A stretch of DNA of 51,629 nt from assembly GCA_946999785.1 (NCBI GenBank), contig CAMQEO010000001.1, forward strand, positions 1 through 51,629, given 5' to 3'. Both the position numbers and the translations under genes were made by a program. Of the stretch, positions 49,014-51,629 are shown piece after piece. Numbering within the stretch: position 1 is the stretch's first letter; every line of letters begins with the position of its first letter. Origin of the DNA: an uncultured Atopobium sp. GTDB lineage: Bacteria; Actinomycetota; Coriobacteriia; Coriobacteriales; Atopobiaceae. The notes under the pieces were generated by a model. It was not told the DNA's origin and searched no databases. It saw nothing but the letters and a program-made list of their open reading frames with translations.

Positions 49014-51524
49014 ATGCGTATCTCGTATGAATGGTTAAAAACTTTAGTAGATATACCCGATGATCCAAATGATTTAGTACGTGAATTTATTCGTACTGGA
49101 ACCGAAGTTGAGGCGGTTGATACAACAGGTGCCGATATTACCCATGTGGTCACATCACAAGTTATAAGCAAAACGCCTCATCCCGACTCTGATCATATGT
49201 TTGTATGCAAAATGGACGTTGGTACTTATCATACCGACGACAAAGGTAATCCCATACCGCTTCAGGTTGTTTGTGGCGCCCAAAATTTTAACGAAGGTGA
49301 TAAAACCGTAACGGCGCTGGTAGGAGCAACGCTTCCTGGTGATATTCACATTAAAAAAGGGAAATTACGCGGCGTTGAATCGTGCGGTATGAACTGTTCT
49401 GCACGTGAGCTGGGCTTGAGTTCAGATCATGCGGGCATTATGATTTTAGACCCAAGCGCGCCGGTAGGAGTAGATTTTTGCACATGGAAAAACTTGCGCG
49501 ATACTGTTATTGACTGCGAGATTACGCCCAATCGTCCCGACTGTTTAAGCATGTTAGGCATCGCGCACGAAGTAAGCGCTATATATAACGAGCCGTGTCA
49601 CATTTCGCTTGAAAGCGTTCAGCACGAATCTACGCGCTCTACTCAAGACCTTGTTGACGTGCGTATCGAAGACAATCAATTATGTCCTCGTTATACAGCA
49701 CGCGTGTTGCATAACGTGGTAATTAAAGAAAGCCCCGAGTGGCTTCGCAAACGTTTAATAGCTGCAGGTACCAGACCCATTAATAACGTGGTAGATATTA
49801 CAAATTACGTTATGTATCTTACCGGCCAACCCCTGCACGCCTTTGACCTCTCTAAGCTTTCATCTGATGAGAATGGCAAACGCCATATTGTAGTACGTGC
49901 TGCACATGCAGGTGAAACGTTGGTTACCCTTGACGACCAAGAGCGCGCGCTTACCGATGACATGATTGTTATTAGCGATAATGGTCAAACACCTATTGCG
50001 CTTGCAGGTGTTATGGGTGGTAAAAATTCTGAAATTGATGAATCAACGCAAGATGTCTTGCTTGAAAGTGCGGCATTTTCTGCAGGTCATATCTCACGTA
50101 CCAGCAGAAACCTTGACCTTATGAGTGAAGCGTCTATTCGCTATGAACGTCAGATTGATGTTAATGGCTGCGCGCGTGCTTCTGAAATTGCTGCTGCATT
50201 ATTTGAAGCATATGCGTCAGCTGAAGTTTCCAAAGATTTGCTTGATGTGTATCCACAAGGTGTAGAGCCTGTATGTATAAAATTACGCTGCAAGCGTGTT
50301 TGCGATCTTGCAGGAGAAGCTATTGATCCAAACTTTATGAAAGAGCGTCTTGAGCGTCTTGGGTGTTCGGTAAAGCCCTATACCTCCTGTGATAGTCAAC
50401 ATGGCGATGTGTGTGCACAACCTTCGGATAAAGCATGTGAATATCTTGTGTATGCGCCAACTAATCGTCCCGATTTAACGCGTGAAATTGATTTGGTAGA
50501 AGAAATTGTCCGTTTGTGGGGCGAAGGTGATATTACGCCAACGCTTCCTGCAGCCAAAAATCACGCAGGCGGTTTAACTGAGGAGCAACGCTATCTGCGC
50601 TGTATAGGCGCTACGTTGCGTGCAAGTGGACTAAGCGAGACTACTACGTATAATTTTGCCGATCCAGCCGATTTGGCGCGTTTAGGCATGTCTGAGGAGG
50701 GTAGAGGCGTTCCTATTCAGATTATGCGTCCGTTGGTAGCCGACCAAAGCGAAATGCGCCGCGATATAATCCCTGGACTTTTACGCAGTGTTGCCTACAA
50801 TCTCGATCATGGCGTTAAAAATGTACATTTGTATGAAATTGGCCGTGTTTTCTTTGGCCACGAGCACAAAAGTCAGCCTACCGAGGCTGTCTATGTAGCA
50901 GGAGTTATGTGTGGCTCATGGGCCGAGGATGCGTGGTGTGCCACCTATCCTACCTTTGATTTCTTTGATGTTAAAGGTGTTGTTGAGCAGCTTTGCGAGC
51001 GCTTGCGCCTTACTAAAGTTCGTTATAAAGTTGCCGATCCAAAAGCATTTGGTTGGCTGCAACCGGGTTGTGCAGCCGAGCTGTTGTGTTCAGGTGAGCG
51101 CATTGGTTGGTTTGGTGTTTTGCATCCAAAAAGTTGTAAAAACTTTGGTGTTTCTGAACCCGTTATGGCATTTGAATTATCGAGCGCGGCTCTTCTTCGT
51201 CATGCACATCACGAACTTGCTTACCAAGATGTTCCAACGCTTCCAGGCGTATCTATTGACCTTGCCCTTGTGGTAGATGAAGATTTAGATGCCGAAAGTA
51301 TTATGCAGCGTCTTGGCTCTGCTGGTGGAAAACTCTTAACTGACGTTCGTCTTTTTGATATTTATCGCGATGAAAAGCGCATTGGAGCCCATAAAAAGTC
51401 TATGACCTTCTCGTTGACGTATCGTTGTGATGATCATACGCTTACCTCAGAAGAAGTTAATAAAGCTCATTCGAAATTGATTGCTAAGATAACAAAAAGT
51501 TGTAAAGCAGAAATAAGAAGCTAA
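49014..51524 (+). CDS. pheT: Phenylalanyl-tRNA synthetase beta subunit
   Basis: MRISYEWL, VVCGAQN, ITPNRPDCLS, NNVVDITNYV, REIDLVEEI, C-terminal anticodon-binding domain. Confidence 0.98.
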   Translation: MRISYEWLKTLVDIPDDPNDLVREFIRTGTEVEAVDTTGADITHVVTSQVISKTPHPDSDHMFVCKMDVGTYHTDDKGNPIPLQVVCGAQNFNEGDKTVTALVGATLPGDIHIKKGKLRGVESCGMNCSARELGLSSDHAGIMILDPSAPVGVDFCTWKNLRDTVIDCEITPNRPDCLSMLGIAHEVSAIYNEPCHISLESVQHESTRSTQDLVDVRIEDNQLCPRYTARVLHNVVIKESPEWLRKRLIAAGTRPINNVVDITNYVMYLTGQPLHAFDLSKLSSDENGKRHIVVRAAHAGETLVTLDDQERALTDDMIVISDNGQTPIALAGVMGGKNSEIDESTQDVLLESAAFSAGHISRTSRNLDLMSEASIRYERQIDVNGCARASEIAAALFEAYASAEVSKDLLDVYPQGVEPVCIKLRCKRVCDLAGEAIDPNFMKERLERLGCSVKPYTSCDSQHGDVCAQPSDKACEYLVYAPTNRPDLTREIDLVEEIVRLWGEGDITPTLPAAKNHAGGLTEEQRYLRCIGATLRASGLSETTTYNFADPADLARLGMSEEGRGVPIQIMRPLVADQSEMRRDIIPGLLRSVAYNLDHGVKNVHLYEIGRVFFGHEHKSQPTEAVYVAGVMCGSWAEDAWCATYPTFDFFDVKGVVEQLCERLRLTKVRYKVADPKAFGWLQPGCAAELLCSGERIGWFGVLHPKSCKNFGVSEPVMAFELSSAALLRHAHHELAYQDVPTLPGVSIDLALVVDEDLDAESIMQRLGSAGGKLLTDVRLFDIYRDEKRIGAHKKSMTFSLTYRCDDHTLTSEEVNKAHSKLIAKITKSCKAEIRS

Positions 51525-51544
51525 ACTGTATACGTTATACTATT

Positions 51545-51578
51545 TCTCGTGTGCGACAAATTAAGCCGCACACGAGAT
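51545..51578 (+). terminator. Stem-loop after pheT (no long U-tract)
   Basis: TCTCGTGTGCG-acaaattaagc-CGCACACGAGA. Confidence 0.6.
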
Positions 51579-51629
51579 GTATGTGGTCTTAAACTCTAAG
51601 AAGGTCTTTATGCCAAGTTGGAACGTTCA

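Overview
Mostly housekeeping chromosomal region. Moderately low GC by eye, an actinobacterial GlnR-type regulator, an AddAB-like pair, a DnaE PHP insertion and a transcriptional T-box point to Coriobacteriia (Atopobiaceae, possibly Fannyhessea/Atopobium vaginae; this is inference, not a database hit). Gene order: sufB-sufC (minus); arsC/spx-like; addB-addA-dnaE; a degenerate NadE-like gene; ruvCAB behind a LexA box; a hypothetical; csp; an MFS transporter; a membrane-anchored TPR protein (minus); a small Cys-rich membrane protein; glnA-like plus glnR-like; htrA-copA-ligA-pip; aldolase and pfkB kinase (minus); lacC; a GalNAc/GalN PTS and catabolism operon; T-box-pheST. No IS, prophage, CRISPR, rRNA or tRNA was seen. 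Most notable: (1) an intact glutamine-synthetase homologue lacking 4 of 6 catalytic metal ligands, directly upstream of an atypical GlnR-like regulator, a candidate pseudoenzyme nitrogen sensor; (2) a second glutamine-related apparent pseudoenzyme, NadE-like with a long acidic tail; (3) an in-frame internal RBS and GTG in copA that could make a stand-alone CopZ; (4) two candidate structured RNAs and an unannotated 38-aa membrane peptide. Protein comparisons are to remembered family consensus sequences; no searches were run.
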